Shown: piece after piece, positions 1 to 13,330 of the stretch
Numbering within the stretch: position 1 is the stretch's first letter
Layout: each line of letters starts with the position of its first letter
Assembly: GCA_024679065.1 (NCBI GenBank)
Contig: JAGIQG010000008.1
Location: 69,812,001 to 69,876,000 of the forward strand
Direction: 5' to 3'
DNA: 64,000 nucleotides
Source: Sphyrna mokarran
Lineage: Eukaryota
The notes under the pieces: generated by a model
Told to the model about the DNA's origin: nothing
Database searches by the model: none
The model's input: only the letters and a program-made list of their open reading frames with translations
Program-made: the position numbers and the translations under genes

Positions 1-78
1 GATGTGACCCATGCATAGGACCCTTTGCAAGTATGAGGCTCCTAATAAAACTCAGCATGATGATGGAAAGTTGTGCAT

Positions 79-2195
79 AACATAGAACATAGAACATAGA
101 ACATTACAGCACAGAACAGGCCCTTCGGCCTTCGATGTTGTGCCGACCAAAATAAAAAGCAATGCCCCTCCAAACTAAACATTCCCTTCTCTTCCATATA
201 CTTATCAATTAACCTCTTAAACGCCACCAAACTTGGCGCATCTACAACAGCTGCATGCAGGGCATTCCACTCCCTAATCACTCTTTGAGTAAAGAACCTA
301 CCTCTGATATCCGTCCTATAACTCATACCCCTTAATGTAAAGCTGTGTCCCCTCGTGCTAGCTTTCTCCATCCTAGGAAAAAGGCTATCACTGTCCACCC
401 TATCTAAACCTCTAATCATCTTATATGCTTCAATAAGATCCCCTCTTAGCCGCCTCCTTTCTAACGAAAACAACCTCAAATCCTTCAACCTCTCGTCATA
501 GGACCTGCCCTCCATACCAGGCAACATCCTGGTAAACCTCCTCTGTAACCTCTCCAATGCCTCCACATCTTTCTTATAATGTGGGGACCAGAACTGCACA
601 CAATACTCCAAGTGCGGCCGCACTAGAGTTTTGTACCGTTGCAACATGATGCTGTGGCTCCTAAATTCAATCCCCCTACCAATAAAAGCTAAGACTCCAT
701 ATGCCTTCTTAACAACTTTATCCACTTGACTGCCTAATTTCAGGGATCTATTGACACATACACCAAGATCCTTCTGTTCCTCAACACTATTAAGAGCCCT
801 ACCATTAGCCCTATACTCTACACATTTATTGTTCCTGCCAAAGTGCATTACCTCACACTTTTCCACATTAAACTCCATTTGCCACCTCTCGGCCCAGCTC
901 TGCAACTTGTCCAAGGCACTCTGTAAACTATAACACCCCTCTTCACTATCTACCACTCCACCGACTTTAGTGTCATCTGCAAATTTACTGATCCATCCTC
1001 AATACCCTCATCCAGATCATTTATAAAAATTACAAACAGCAGGGGCCCCAAAACAGACCCCTGAGGTACACCACTTGTCACCGAACTCCACGATGAATAT
1101 CTCCCATCAACCACCACCCTCTGTCTTCTATCTGCCAGCCAATTCCTAATCCAATTAGCTAAATCACCCTCTATTCCACACATCGGCATTTTCTGTAGAA
1201 GTCTTCCATGGGCCACCTTATCAAACGCCTTACTAAAGTCCATATATACTACATCAAACGCCTTACCCCCATCCACCTCTCTGGTCACTTTCTCAAAAAA
1301 CTCAATGAGGTTAGTAAGGCATGACCTACCCTTCACGAAACCATGCTGACTATCCCCAATCAATTCATTTCTCTCTAAATAACTATAAATCCTACCCTAA
1401 TAATTCTCTCCAATACCTTGCCCACAACAGAAGTAAGACTCACTGGCCTATAATTCCCTGGAAGGTCTCTCTTCCCCTTCTTAAACAATGGGACCACATT
1501 CGCTATCCTCCAGTCCTCCGGAACCACAACCGTAACCAACGAGGACCTGAAGATCAGAGCCAGAGGCTCTGCAATCTCCTCTCTTGCCTCCCAGAGAATC
1601 CTAGGGTAAATCCCGGCCGGCCCAGGGGACTTATCCAACTTCAAACCCTCGAGAATTTCTAACACATCCTCCCTATCTACTACAATACTCCCCCATTTGC
1701 AACCCTGTACCTCAGTGCTCTCCACAGCTACATTTCCAGCACTCTGCGTGAATACCGAAGAGAAATATTTATTCAGCGCCTCACCAATCTCTTCAGGCTC
1801 CACGCACAACTTCCCACTGCTGTCTATGACTGCCCCTAATCTTGCCCTAACCAATCTTCTATTCTTAACATATCGAAAGAAAGCTTTAGGATTCTCCTTA
1901 ATCCTATCAGCCAACATCTTCTCGTGTCCCCTCTTAGCTCTCCTCAATTCACTTTTTAGCTCCTTCCTTGCTAATCTATAGCTATCCATTGCACTAACTG
2001 AGCCTTCAAGCCTCATCCTGACATAAGCCTCCTTTTTCTTCTTAACCAGCAAATCAACTTTTTCGTACACCAAGGCTCTCTTACTCGACCATTTCCTCCC
2101 TGCCTGACAGGGACATACTTATCAAGGACTCGCAGCAGCTGCTCCTTGAATAAGCACCACATTCCAGATGTTCCCAGTCCCTGTAGTTTCCTAGT
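79..2195 (-). mobile_element. CR1-clade LINE (HER1-like), 5'-truncated, frameshifted ORF2 reverse transcriptase
   Basis: ORFs 1375-2073, 950-1363 and 42-956 carry [45 protein letters not shown] and LERRRLRGDL; 3' tail is (TTCTATG)n, seen as (CATAGAA)n at 79-103. Confidence 0.95.
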
Positions 2196-3379
2196 CCTAT
2201 AAGGGTTACATTAAAACATCCATGCATTTAAAAATACTGAAAGGGACAAGGCAAATTGAATAGATTGATCACAATATTAATATTGCAACACACAAAGTTC
2301 ATAAATATTGCAAAGCATTATGGGTCTGGATATCAGGAACCTTAAAGGTAATGATAATAATAATCTTCAAAAAGCAAAAAATGCTCTTGCCATATAAAAA
2401 GGAAATTTCACAATATTGAAGAAACAGAGTTTGTTTGAGCTAGGGTTCCTGGTGCCTGTGGATTTTACGGGCAAGAGTGTACATCTTGAGGAATTCTCAA
2501 TCCAGATCAGAACCAGGTCGAGCATCTCGCAGCAGTTCCTAACAGATTTTAAATTGTATTCTCAAAGGCAGGACGTCACATTGCTCAGTCTCAGCTTCTC
2601 ACATCACAACTGCTCTCCACTCAAAGCTATGAGCAGCAAAGATACATGAAAATCCTAAGCAATGTGAAGGAGGATGATGTTTCTTTGACCCATCACAGAA
2701 ATGTCGACTAAGGTAGAGAGTATATGGACCAGCTGAATAATCGTAAAATGAAAACTACCTAAGAAAATGGATTTAAGAATTATCACCAGCATTGTACATC
2801 TTAATGCTCCCAGAAAAGGGTCAATCTGTCAAAGGCAATGTTAACCATGCATGATAAACTTTTGTCAAGTTAAGAGAGATTAGTTCCATTGCAACCAGAG
2901 GCATATCTTTAGGCATTTAGGCCCAGCTTTTTCAAAACAAGTTGGAAGCCTTTTCAAAATTGTGGATGGGATCCAGATGTGGAAGCCATACTTCCATTTC
3001 CAGCCAATCCCAACATGAGAAGGGAGCAGGGGCTGAATTACACAGGTGGGAATCCTGAGGACCATTTCATTTGATTGCTCGGTACAAAAAAAGACTCAAC
3101 TTGCATTGCTGCATAGCCTTAATGTGAATGGGCTGAATATCCTTTGTCAGTGCCGTAGATTTTCTGCGGTAAACCTGAAGTGGGGAACTACGATCTTATG
3201 GAGGAGGTGTAAGTATGTATGTATACGGCAGGTTTAATGTCTGCTTGACTTGTTAAAGTTCTCCAGCCACAATGGCACCTTCCCATGTACAGGCAATAGA
3301 GACAGCAATGTGCAGCCAGAGCCAGGATATCCGTGCAGCACATGGCATAGCTACCAGCAAGGAGAGGACAAAGAAAATA

Positions 3380-3640
3380 TTACCCTGGGTGAAAGATCTA
3401 CCAGACATGGCTGTTTACACCCTTGAGAGTGGGCCACAGCATTGCTGCATGCTATCAGCCATTATAACTGAGGATCACCATGTAGCAGACATTTAGCCTG
3501 TTAAAAATGAGGTTTAAGTGCCTCGACCACTCAGGAGGTGCACCCCGATACTCACCTGCAGGCGTGTTAAGGATAGCAGTGGTTCATTGCAAGCTCCATA
3601 AGAAAGTGCAATGAAGGGATATTCAGCTCAAGAGGTCTTA
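3380..3640 (+). pseudogene. PIF/Harbinger (HARBI1-like) DDE transposase C-terminal remnant
   Basis: Manual translation gives TWLFTP ... LLKMRFKCLDHSGGAPRYSP, resembling the Harbinger motif LKMRFRCLDRSGGALQYSP; frames are disrupted. Confidence 0.8.
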
Positions 3641-4858
3641 CACTGTGAAAGAGCCACCAAATGGGCGGGTGACTATGAGAGGCTTCCCAAGGGGAAGGAC
3701 TGTGGACAAGTTCATACAAGATGCCATTGTTAGCAGGGAGCTGTTTATACAGAAGCTGTTCAACTAATTAGCTCTGAGGATCTCATACTGCATTTACAGT
3801 AACTGTTTGGAATGTCCTCTTGTCTGCTAGATACAAAATTCCCCTCCAATATCCTGCCTCATGGAACACCAGTTCACAGTTCTAGATGACAATTTCCGGA
3901 TTCTTCCCTGACTGTCTGGAGCAGTTAAGCCTCTGCCACATTCTGGTAAAACAATGAAGAAAGCATAAAGGTTTCTCACTTTGTCTAGCATAACTATTCA
4001 CATCTTGACCCCTTTATGGAGTTGAGAATAGATTGATGTGCTGGGAGGGGGTCATCATTGAAGGCCCCAGCCAAAAACTTCCCACCATGTCTGTGATTGG
4101 GATCCTCCAGTGCCACTGTAGTAAATGGAGTTTTGGCTGAGCACCAAATTCTCTGTTTTTGCTGGCAGTGGAGCAGTCACAGGTTGGAGAATCCCACCTG
4201 CTGTGTATGCACACCAACCTGACATGGTACGTTCCTGAGCATTCAAGGCTCTGCAGGATCACAGAAGTCACACCTGTCTGCTTTGACAGTGTGTAGCTGT
4301 GCGAGTAGTGGGTTGCACACATTTAGGCGCCTTTATCTCAAAATATGGGAAGGATAAAGATAAGTCGAAGAGCATAGGATCTGCATGTAGGGACCAGAAA
4401 TGAGCTCGAGTTTACTGTTGATTTCATCGACTGGGGTGTTGGGACCTGCTAGAGTTGTGAAATTGCAGCCATCTATATGGCAGAGCCTTATGAAACTTTG
4501 CCAATAGTTGTTGACTTCTGTATGGTGTTTCCTGACACAAACTCACGGTCATATGGAAGGTCCTTCCATCTCTTCTGCCATAACAAACCAGTTGGCTGCA
4601 TTTATGGTTTGTATCCATATGACTACTGTCATTCTGACAGACTTATATGTGTGTTATAATGGCCACAGAGGTCAATCAATAGATCTCCACGTGGGTCTCG
4701 TAGAGTAAGAACTCCCTATTAAATGAGTGGAAGTTCACTCAATAGGGAAGGAGCAGCGGGGGATTTAAAACCAGCTGGCTCCACTCAGGTCAGAAGTCAA
4801 AAATCAAAACGGGCTTGATCTTTGCACTCTAGCCATAGGAGCAATACTATGTGAACCG

Positions 4859-4986
4859 TGAGTGGGGTTTTACAACCTCACTTGTCCTGAAACCATAAAA
4901 TCTCACCTGAGAACAACAGACCTTTCCATGGTCCACCCTTCACTTGCTCTGATTCCTGTGGCAAGTAAGACAGTAAAATTCTGGCT
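4859..4986 (+). mobile_element. ~130 bp MITE, probably Harbinger-type, copy 1
   Basis: Homologous to 26670-26796 and, reversed, to ~56353-56455; imperfect TIRs ending TAAAATTCTGGC. Confidence 0.65.
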
Positions 4987-5149
4987 ATTGTAAATGAAAG
5001 GTATTAGTGACAGAAACTTGACCTTATTACATTGGCAATGATGAGTAAAGTAAGTTTTTTTTTCCCATTACTTACTGTAAGACAATACTTACTGTCAAGA
5101 CAAGTAATCCAATGATAAGAAACCTGCCTTTTTTTGGTAAACTCAAAGC

Positions 5150-7590
5150 CTATGATGCATAGAAAACTAGGCCCATCACACAGAGCGCACACATTATTCT
5201 TTTCAGCCTAACAATACAAAGGAGGGCAAGAAGCAGAAAGAGATCTTGTTGATAGTTTATGGAGTCCTGATCTTCAATATAACAAAAAACCTGACCTATC
5301 AAGATGTCCCTGACTCCAAAACCTTAAATGAATTAGTGAACCTAGTTAAAGGCTATTATGATCCAAAGCCTTCCATAAAATTCCAGTGAAAATGCTTTAA
5401 CACAGCAGGACAAACCCCTGATGAATCTGTCACTGAATGTCTGATCAGGCTGCAAAAATTGGCAGAGACTGAGAATTCTAGCCACCCCTGAATGATAGTG
5501 AGAGAGACTGGTCTGTGGAATTAGCAATATGCCGGTCCAAAAAGAATTGTTGGAAGAACAAAATTTGGATCTGAAGAAGATCGCTAAGATAGCTCTATCA
5601 CTGCAGAATGTAGAGAAAGGAGCTCAGGATGTACAAGGGACATCAGATAGCTGCGTCCTCTGATTGGGGGGATGAGTTCCATGCAACATCCATCCCTCCA
5701 CTGAGAACGATGGTATTAGTAAAATATCACATAATCCCTTTCAACGGTGGAACCCAAATTCCTTCACCAGGCAATCAAGGAAGTACAGGGACAGCCTTCA
5801 TACTCCTAGGGAATATATTCTAAAAAGTTTAGATGACAGACAGCAGATTATTATAAGTACTGCAGAAGACCACAATCAAGGCAAAAATATAAGAACAGTC
5901 AAAATGCATGGTCCTTCAAAAAGAGATCAAGATCAATACTGGACCGTACCCCATAGCTATGTCCATTACCAGGAACAAGGGTAATGCAATTAAATCACAT
6001 CTCCATGACAAAGGTTGTCCCATAATAGTGGAGTTCTTAATAAATACCCACCCATTAAAATGGAAGTGGATATGGGTCTGTGGTTGCTGTTATCAAGGAA
6101 TTGAATTGTAATTGCCTCCAGGCTGGTATAAAATTCCTGGCTTAAAAGACATAAAGACTAGACTAGCCACCTAGATGGAGGAGCCATTGCAGGTAAAGGC
6201 TACAATGGTGACCCTAGCATCATGTAGGCAGCATTTGGCTTAACTTCCACTCAGCATTTTACAGGATCAAGGGTCTAGCCTTCTCGGGAGAAGTTGACTT
6301 TAACACATCAGACATTGACTAGCTGGAGATCTTCAGGCTGGGTGTGGGGGACTGTACACAGTTACCAATAAGTACTCCAAGGTTTTCCAGGAAGGACTTG
6401 GAAAAATAAGGAAGCTGAAGCTAAAATCTACATTGAACCTGGTGCGATGCCAGAATATTTTAAAGCAAAACCAATTCCATATTCCCTGTTGGAAAGGATA
6501 GAGTCAGAACTGGAATGCCTGGAAAAGTTGGGCATAATAAGACTCATATAATTCACAGAGAGGGTCACACCTGATGTCCCTGTCCTCAAGCCAGATAATT
6601 TGATCTGACTTTAGAACTTCACATGTCAGCTGGGTTACCAAACTTGACAGATACCCCATTCCCTGGATTGAAGGCCTGTATGTCAGGTTAACTGGTGACC
6701 AAGCATTCTTTATGTTGGGCATGAGCCAACTTGTCTCCAACTTGAATTAGACGAGCCTTCCTGAAAGTAGGTGACAATTGATACACACAATCGGTTTGCC
6801 TTTTGGGATCTTGTCCTTATGTGTCATTTTTCAATAGGTCATGGAAAATATACACCAAGTGTTATCTCAGGTAGTGGTATATCTTGATGATGTCTTGGTC
6901 ACAGGAAATTTGGAACACAGACACGTAGCAAACCTGGAAGAGGTCGATTCTCGAAGGTTGTGATTTGTCTGACAAGGGAAAGATGTGTCTTCCATGCAAG
7001 TGCTTTGACCTATTTGGGTTATCAGGTGGACAGATTATCGGCTGGGCCTTCATCTGATAAAGGATAAGGTGAGAGCCATTAAGGAGGTGTCAACTCCACA
7101 GAATCCCATAGAATTGAAATCCTTCCTGGGGCAAGTGAATTATTAAAAGAAATCTATTTCTAAGCTTCTCTGTTGGCCCTCTTGTATACACTATTATGAA
7201 AACATCAAAGGTAGTCTTGGGAGCACACAGCTAGACAACTTTAAACAGTAACTTTTGTCCTCTAAATTATGGGCCCATTTTGACCCCAAAAAGGGCATCA
7301 ACCTGACACGTGATGCCTTCCATTCCGGGGTTGGGGCGGTACTGGCACGATGTTGAAAAAATGAACAGAGAAGCCTATTCTGTACACGTCAGGAAGTCTC
7401 TTGGTCTATAAGTGGAGATATTTGCAAATCAAGAAAGAGGGGTTGGCAGTTGTCTTCAGCGTTAAAAAATTCCAACTATACATCTGTGGTGGACGCTTTT
7501 TCTTTGGGACTGATCATAAACCACTATTGGCTTTTTGAAGAGGAATAGGCAATATCCTCCATTGCCTCCTTCCACCTCCAAGCTGCTTAC
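5150..7590 (+). mobile_element. Decayed Ty3/Gypsy (Mag-like) LTR retrotransposon internal region: gag, protease, RT, RNase H
   Basis: Manual translation: gag-like ELVNLVKGYYDPKP (~5330-5370); RT VVVYLDDVLVTG (~6870-6906); RNase H DAFHSGVGAVLA, KEGLAVVFSVKKF and TDHKPLL (~7310-7530). Many stops and frameshifts; no integrase or flanking LTRs seen. Confidence 0.9.
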
Positions 7591-9289
7591 AGGATAGATG
7601 GGCCTGACTCGATCTCACCCTGCCTCCCTGGAGTGAAAATAAGATCTCCAAAACATAACACAAAAAATGACATTAAATTGGAAGAGGCTTTGCCAAGTCA
7701 GGAAACTTCCTGACTCAACTTTCTTGCCTCCTCACAAAAATCCATTGTTAATGTTCTCTTCAAATTAATTACCAAAATGGAAATAGTTCTACTGATCAAA
7801 ATGTGGTCTTTCTGAAATATAAAAATAGCATCAATCTCATCATCATCAAAATGTCTGCTATTCTTGCTATGTGCAGCCTATCTATTTCTCCCAAGGCACT
7901 GGATATTTTTATATTGACTGAACAGCCAGGCTATAAACCCCAGAAGGTCTGGTAATTGTGTTGGGGTTATCATCAATTTCTTGACATTCATTATATTTCC
8001 ACCCACACAACAGATGAGTTGTCACTTTACCCTGACATGACAGAAGGTATGCACTCTCATCAGCTAGCAATATGTCCAAATAAAGTAACAGTGAGTGAAA
8101 ATAGTCTTAGGAAGAATGCAACAAAACAAACTGTTATTCTAAACTATCCTCAGGGTAACAAAGAGCTAAGCATCAATGGATTTCTCTGATATATTGTGTT
8201 ATTCTAACTAAACTTTAAGAATCTCATGAATTTTGGATAAGACATTAAGACAAAGGATCCGCAGTGGGTGTAAAAGATCGTACAACACTATTTAAATCTT
8301 GTGTTATTATCTAGTTTTCCTCAAACACCAATAATAAGCACTTTTATGGTGCAATAAGTATTGTCCCTCTGGGTTCACTGGCGCTGGGACTTGATGGCCG
8401 TGGAAGATGTATTCATAACACAGTCAAACAAGTTGAGTATCAACCTGCAAATCATTCCAAAGACACCAATGGCTGGCAGTAAGAATGGGATAGATTCCTG
8501 AACCATGCTTGGTGTGGAGTGGTACCTGTCAAACTATCAGCCCCTGGTGACAGACTGGTGACCTGCTTCAGGAATTACTAGCTATTACTGCCTTAGTGTA
8601 CCACTAGCTGTTGGAAGAGAATTGGAATGGAAAATACCTTGAATTACAAATCTCTCTTTTTGATTCATTGGGCTTGTTGTGCATCCAACATTACCGTGGA
8701 GACTGTACTTCAAAAGAAATTAATATCATTTGGAACTACCTGAGGCCATGAAAGGTGAACCCTCAGACTTTCCACTTCTTTGTCCTTTTCTTGATAATTG
8801 GGATGTTCAAGCATAGCATTACTAAGGTCAACATTGAATAGGTAATTCATCTTCTTCATAGCTTTCCCAGGATCTCCATTCAAGTAATTTGATTCACTTG
8901 AGGTCGATTGGACTTCTGGCCCACACTAAAATAAATACCGCACCTAATAATTTCAATGTCGCAAATTGACAGTTTAAAGTGTAGGTTAACTTTAATTTTT
9001 AAATGCTGGATATTTGGGCCACACTATCTTAGATGGAGAGGTTACATTGGATTAATATTTCCTCCGTTCAATTGGTGCAATGAAATGGTAAACCATTTGT
9101 AAAAATAAACATGATTTTGTAGCATTGAGCACAGAGAAGCAATTTGGCAGTGAACCATGCCAACATTGTAGATCCCAGAACCTGGTTTATGCTGAGTTAG
9201 CTGCTTGCAGCCAAAATTGGGTTCAGGGTGCAATGGGCCTCAATATCCTTCAGTTAAAGAATAGACATTAACTCAAGTTCTTATTCCCC

Positions 9290-9780
9290 ATATCCAGGTT
9301 CACAGGTGACACCAAGTTAAGAGGGATACTATGCACTGCAAATGGGAACAGGAAGTTATAAACAGAGAGAGGGATATGGCAGATGGAGTTTGTGGGCAAA
9401 TGTGATACTATCCACTTTAGATCCAATGGAGTCAAAATGGAAAATCATCTGAAATTAGAAACTCTAAAGGGATTAAAAAAAAGATTTGGAATTCCAGTAT
9501 ATAAATCATTAAAAGTTGGTAGAAAATATAAAAAGCAATCAGAAAAACTAAAAGAATATTGGCCTTGACCTCAATAGGTTTGGAATACTGTCAGGATAAT
9601 GTTGTACAACCATGGTAGGGCTCCATCTGGAGCACTGTTTCATTTCAGGCATCATACCTCAGCGAAGATATGATGGCCTTTACAAGGGTGCTGAACAGAT
9701 GCACTGAACAGAACAAGGCTTAAATGGTTACGTTAGAAGATAGAATTCCTCCAAGTAGAGAAGATTAGGATTTATTTTAG
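9290..9780 (+). mobile_element. Old CR1 RT C-terminal fragment
   Basis: Degenerate DTKL.G, WQMEF..KC..IHF and LY..MV..HLE motifs. Confidence 0.7.
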
Positions 9781-10089
9781 CCTTCATTGTTTCTATCTGC
9801 CTTGACAAACAATGGGAAGTGCAGGGTAAACAATTGAAATTCTCATTCACTTGTTTTGCTCATGTTGATATTTATGACATCACCACTAAAGGTGGACATT
9901 ACCTGCAACTGGGAAATCAAACTGTTGTGTGTTAAGTGCAATTTTCAGTTACCTTTTAATACACTAAAGAGGATCTTCTGGTAAGCTCCAAGTGTAAAAG
10001 GGCAATCTCTTTTTTACATATTCAGATCTTAGATACATTCCCCTTTTTACTTGCCCATCTCTACTTCTCTAACAATCACTTGTTTCCAT

Positions 10090-10700
10090 TCCATTTCAGC
10101 TCATCTGTGCTGAAACCCTCATTTATGGAGTAAAATTGACTGCTCAAATGCACTACTGGCTCCCACATTCTATCTTTCATAAACCAGAGATCATTCAAAG
10201 CTCTTTTCTCCATGTCCTAACTGTGATACATCCATCACATCCAATTGCTGTTTACACTTCATCCTTGGCCTACATTTGCTTTCAGTTAAGTAATACTGGA
10301 ATTTTAAAAATTCACTTTAAAATCCCTCCATGGCTTTGTTCCTCCTTACGTCTGTAATCTCTTCCAGCTCAACAATCCTCTGAGGTACCTGCACTCATCT
10401 GGCCTCCCCAATTTTAACATCCCCTATTTTAAATCAATACCAATGGCCCTGCACTCCTCCTTCAGCAGCCAATGCCTTCAGATTACAAATTTCCTCCCTA
10501 AATATTCTCTCCATCTCTCTACCTCTCTTTCCTCCTTTAAGACAATCCATAAAACCTACCTGTTTAACCAAGCATTTGTAATATATAATATTGTAATACT
10601 GTTCGACTATATCCTTACATAGCTATGTTTGACAACATTCCCAGGAAGGGCCTTAGGTTCCTTTACTTCCACTAAAGACAGCATATAAATAAAAATTGTT
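10090..10700 (+). mobile_element. L2-clade LINE 3' fragment
   Basis: Decayed AETLI, LHGLAP.YL-like and FKT.LKTYLF.QAF-like stretches typical of L2 3' ends. Confidence 0.65.
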
Positions 10701-11529
10701 CTTGTTTTTGTTGCTAGGCAGTAACTTATTGAAAGATTAGAACAACATCATAAAATGAATGAGTAAAACTTTGTCAGTTTATCAATGTTATTCATACCTT
10801 GAGGATCTTCCATTTCTGAAGTACGCTCCAGTCTGTTTTCTGAGTGAATGCAAAGGGAACTATATTATTCCATTTTCAGCAAGTTGCTCTTTCTGTCACT
10901 GATGGATCTCATGGTGGACCATGGCACACATCAGCTTCTCACAATTAAGTAATATAATTTAGAACTGAATTGTTGCTCTGTCACATTACTTGAAATGCAT
11001 ATTCTTATATTCTGCTTAGCCGTGTTCATTGACGATCAGCATTTCTTCCATATATGTGAGATATAGGAGATTTTTTAAAAAACATATTTTTTCATGATAA
11101 GATTGCAACATGGCATTAGCCCCAAATTGTATTGCAAAGGATATTTCTGTAGCACATACTGACTCACTGCTGATACAAATATAGCCAGAGACCAGAGACT
11201 ATGATGATGTTCTATTTGTTGCAGTAAACAATGTAAATAACATAACATATTACTTTCCATAGGAAACAGAGTTTAAAAATATATAGGAGAAGAAAGAATC
11301 TTTTTCACTTGGTTGTCCAATGCATTTGAAGAGTGATACCACATTAATGCAAAAAATGGTTATCCTAGGAGCTACATTTCTATCCTAGCCAATGGCATCC
11401 AGGCAGCATTTGAATGAGCATTTGTTCAGAAGCATCTGCAATGATAAAATGAAAATGATAAGAGTATAAGTTCACAGGGCACCCTTGTTAAGTATTTTCT
11501 AGCTGTTGGTTGTAGGGCTGACAATTTTT

Positions 11530-11829
11530 AAAAGTTTATTTATTAGTGTCACAAGTAGGCTAATATTAACAATATAATGAAGTTACTGTGAAAATCCCCT
11601 AGTCGTCACACTCCAGTGCCTGTTCAGGCACACAGTGGGAAAATTTAGCATGGCCAAAGAACCTAATCTTTTTTTCGGACTGTGGGAGGAAACTGGAGTA
11701 CCCAGAGGGAATCTTAGCAAATATGGGAAGAACATGCAGAGTCCACAGAGAGAGTGACCCGAGCCAGGAATTGAACCTTGGTCCTGGTGCTGTGAGGCAG
11801 CAGTGCTAACCAATGTGATGCCATGCTGC
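11530..11829 (-). mobile_element. tRNA-derived V-SINE (HE1-like head and V-domain) with a non-CR1 3' tail
   Basis: Minus strand shows a B-box (GGTTCAATTCC), a V-domain-like GTTTCCTCCCACAGTCC and a tail ending GTGACACTAATAAATAAAC. The same tail occurs alone at ~45975-46055. Confidence 0.75.
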
Positions 11830-12459
11830 TGAAGGGATCTTGAGCCAGTTTTACTGTCAATTCTCTCAATGGAGAGTGGGCATAATATGGAGAGATCAAT
11901 AGAGGGAAGTAAACATAGCTCACACATAAAGAATAACCATTGTGAGCGAAATGATTCACACCATCTGAAGATGATAGAACACAAAGACTTGATGGAAAAA
12001 GTGTAGAAAAAAATTGAGCAGGAAGACTAACTTAAAGACTTTCTGATGTCACCATGAGACTCCTTATAGTGTAAGCATTTTCACAAAATCAAACAATGCA
12101 GAAGAAGACCATTTGACCCATTCTATTTACACCAAATCTCCAAATGATTATTATGACTTAGTGCCATTCCCTTGTGTTTTCCTCATACCCCCACACTTGA
12201 AAACTTATCTGTATCTGAAAATGACTGGAGATCAAGCAGCTCTAGTGTTAAAACTGCTAGATTACATAGCCAGATTGAAGATTTAGCAGTGCTCTTGCTG
12301 ATCTACTTCAATCAGTCTCAGATGGATGTATTGCTGAATTATGCAACTACACAACACCATCATGTAATGCTTTGGACCTAACTGGCAAATTACTGGATCA
12401 TTCAGGCCAAGAACATAATGATAATCCAAGTAAAAACAACAACAGAAATCACAGATCAA

Positions 12460-13330
12460 GACAGTATAGAAAGAAGCCATTCTGCTTATTATGCTCATGC
12501 CAGCTCCGATTTCCTAGCTGTAATTGTCTAACTTTAACCATGGATGTCCAGTTTCTCTGTACCTTCAACGTTTACCAGGCTGGCCCAAGGATTTTGGCTT
12601 TTTCCACAGACAGCAGCCCTACTGATTCTCATCAAACACCACCCTCCTCCACTTTACCGAACTTGTTTTCACACTTGAACAATTTATTTCTGACTCCTCT
12701 CCCTTCAAATAAAACAGAAGAATATGTGAATCCATAGGCTCTGCCTTTTCATAGCATGTCAACTATTTCTTGTCCCAGGCCTGGTCAGGCCCACCTTTTT
12801 CTGCTACATTGATTGTATCAGTACCATTTTCTGCTCTCGTCCTGGATTGGAAAATGTCATTACTTTGCTTTGAACTTCTGCCTTTTGCACCACTGATTCC
12901 TTTTGTCATTTAATACTCCAGCCTTCCATCCTATCACAAACATTCCTCTTTGGTTTGTCTCCCCATCTACTCCACCATACTTGCTTAAAGCTTATTGTGT
13001 CTCTAACTTTTTCCAGTTTTGAATAAAGGTCATTGATCTGAAACATTGGGTGAGATTCTCTGGCTTCTCCTCAGCGTGTTTCTCAGTGGCAGGAGGTATC
13101 ACATCATTTGCTGGCAGTGGGATGGTCTGGTCCCACTACTGTCAATGAGATTTCCCACTGAAGCCACCCCACACTGCCAGAAAAACCATGGGTAGACAGT
13201 GCACTACCAGCAGGAGGAGGGAATCCCACTGGCATGAATGGTCAGAGAATTCTGGCCATAAATTCTCTTTCTCTCCACAGATGCTGTCTCATCTGTTGAG
13301 CATTTTCAGCATTTTATATTTTTATTCCAA
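12460..13330 (+). mobile_element. Penelope-like element remnant (RT fragment plus 3' pLTR with decayed hammerhead), interrupted by a MITE
   Basis: LTMDVQ.L.T, ELV.TLNN and F.YID.CI motifs of Penelope RT; 3' pLTR ...GGTCATTGATCTGAAACATT/[MITE]/..CTCTCCACAGATGCTG. Confidence 0.75.
13048..13257. mobile_element. ~210 bp MITE with Harbinger-type TIRs
   Basis: Left end GGGTGAGATTCTCTGGC versus reverse complement of right end GGCCAGAATTCTCTGAC; it splits the PLE pLTR. Confidence 0.7.

Noticed and set aside
42-2073. The longest ORFs in the window, considered as host genes
   Set aside because: They are frameshifted CR1 ORF2 pieces; the same applies to 15878-17509 and 36578-38471.
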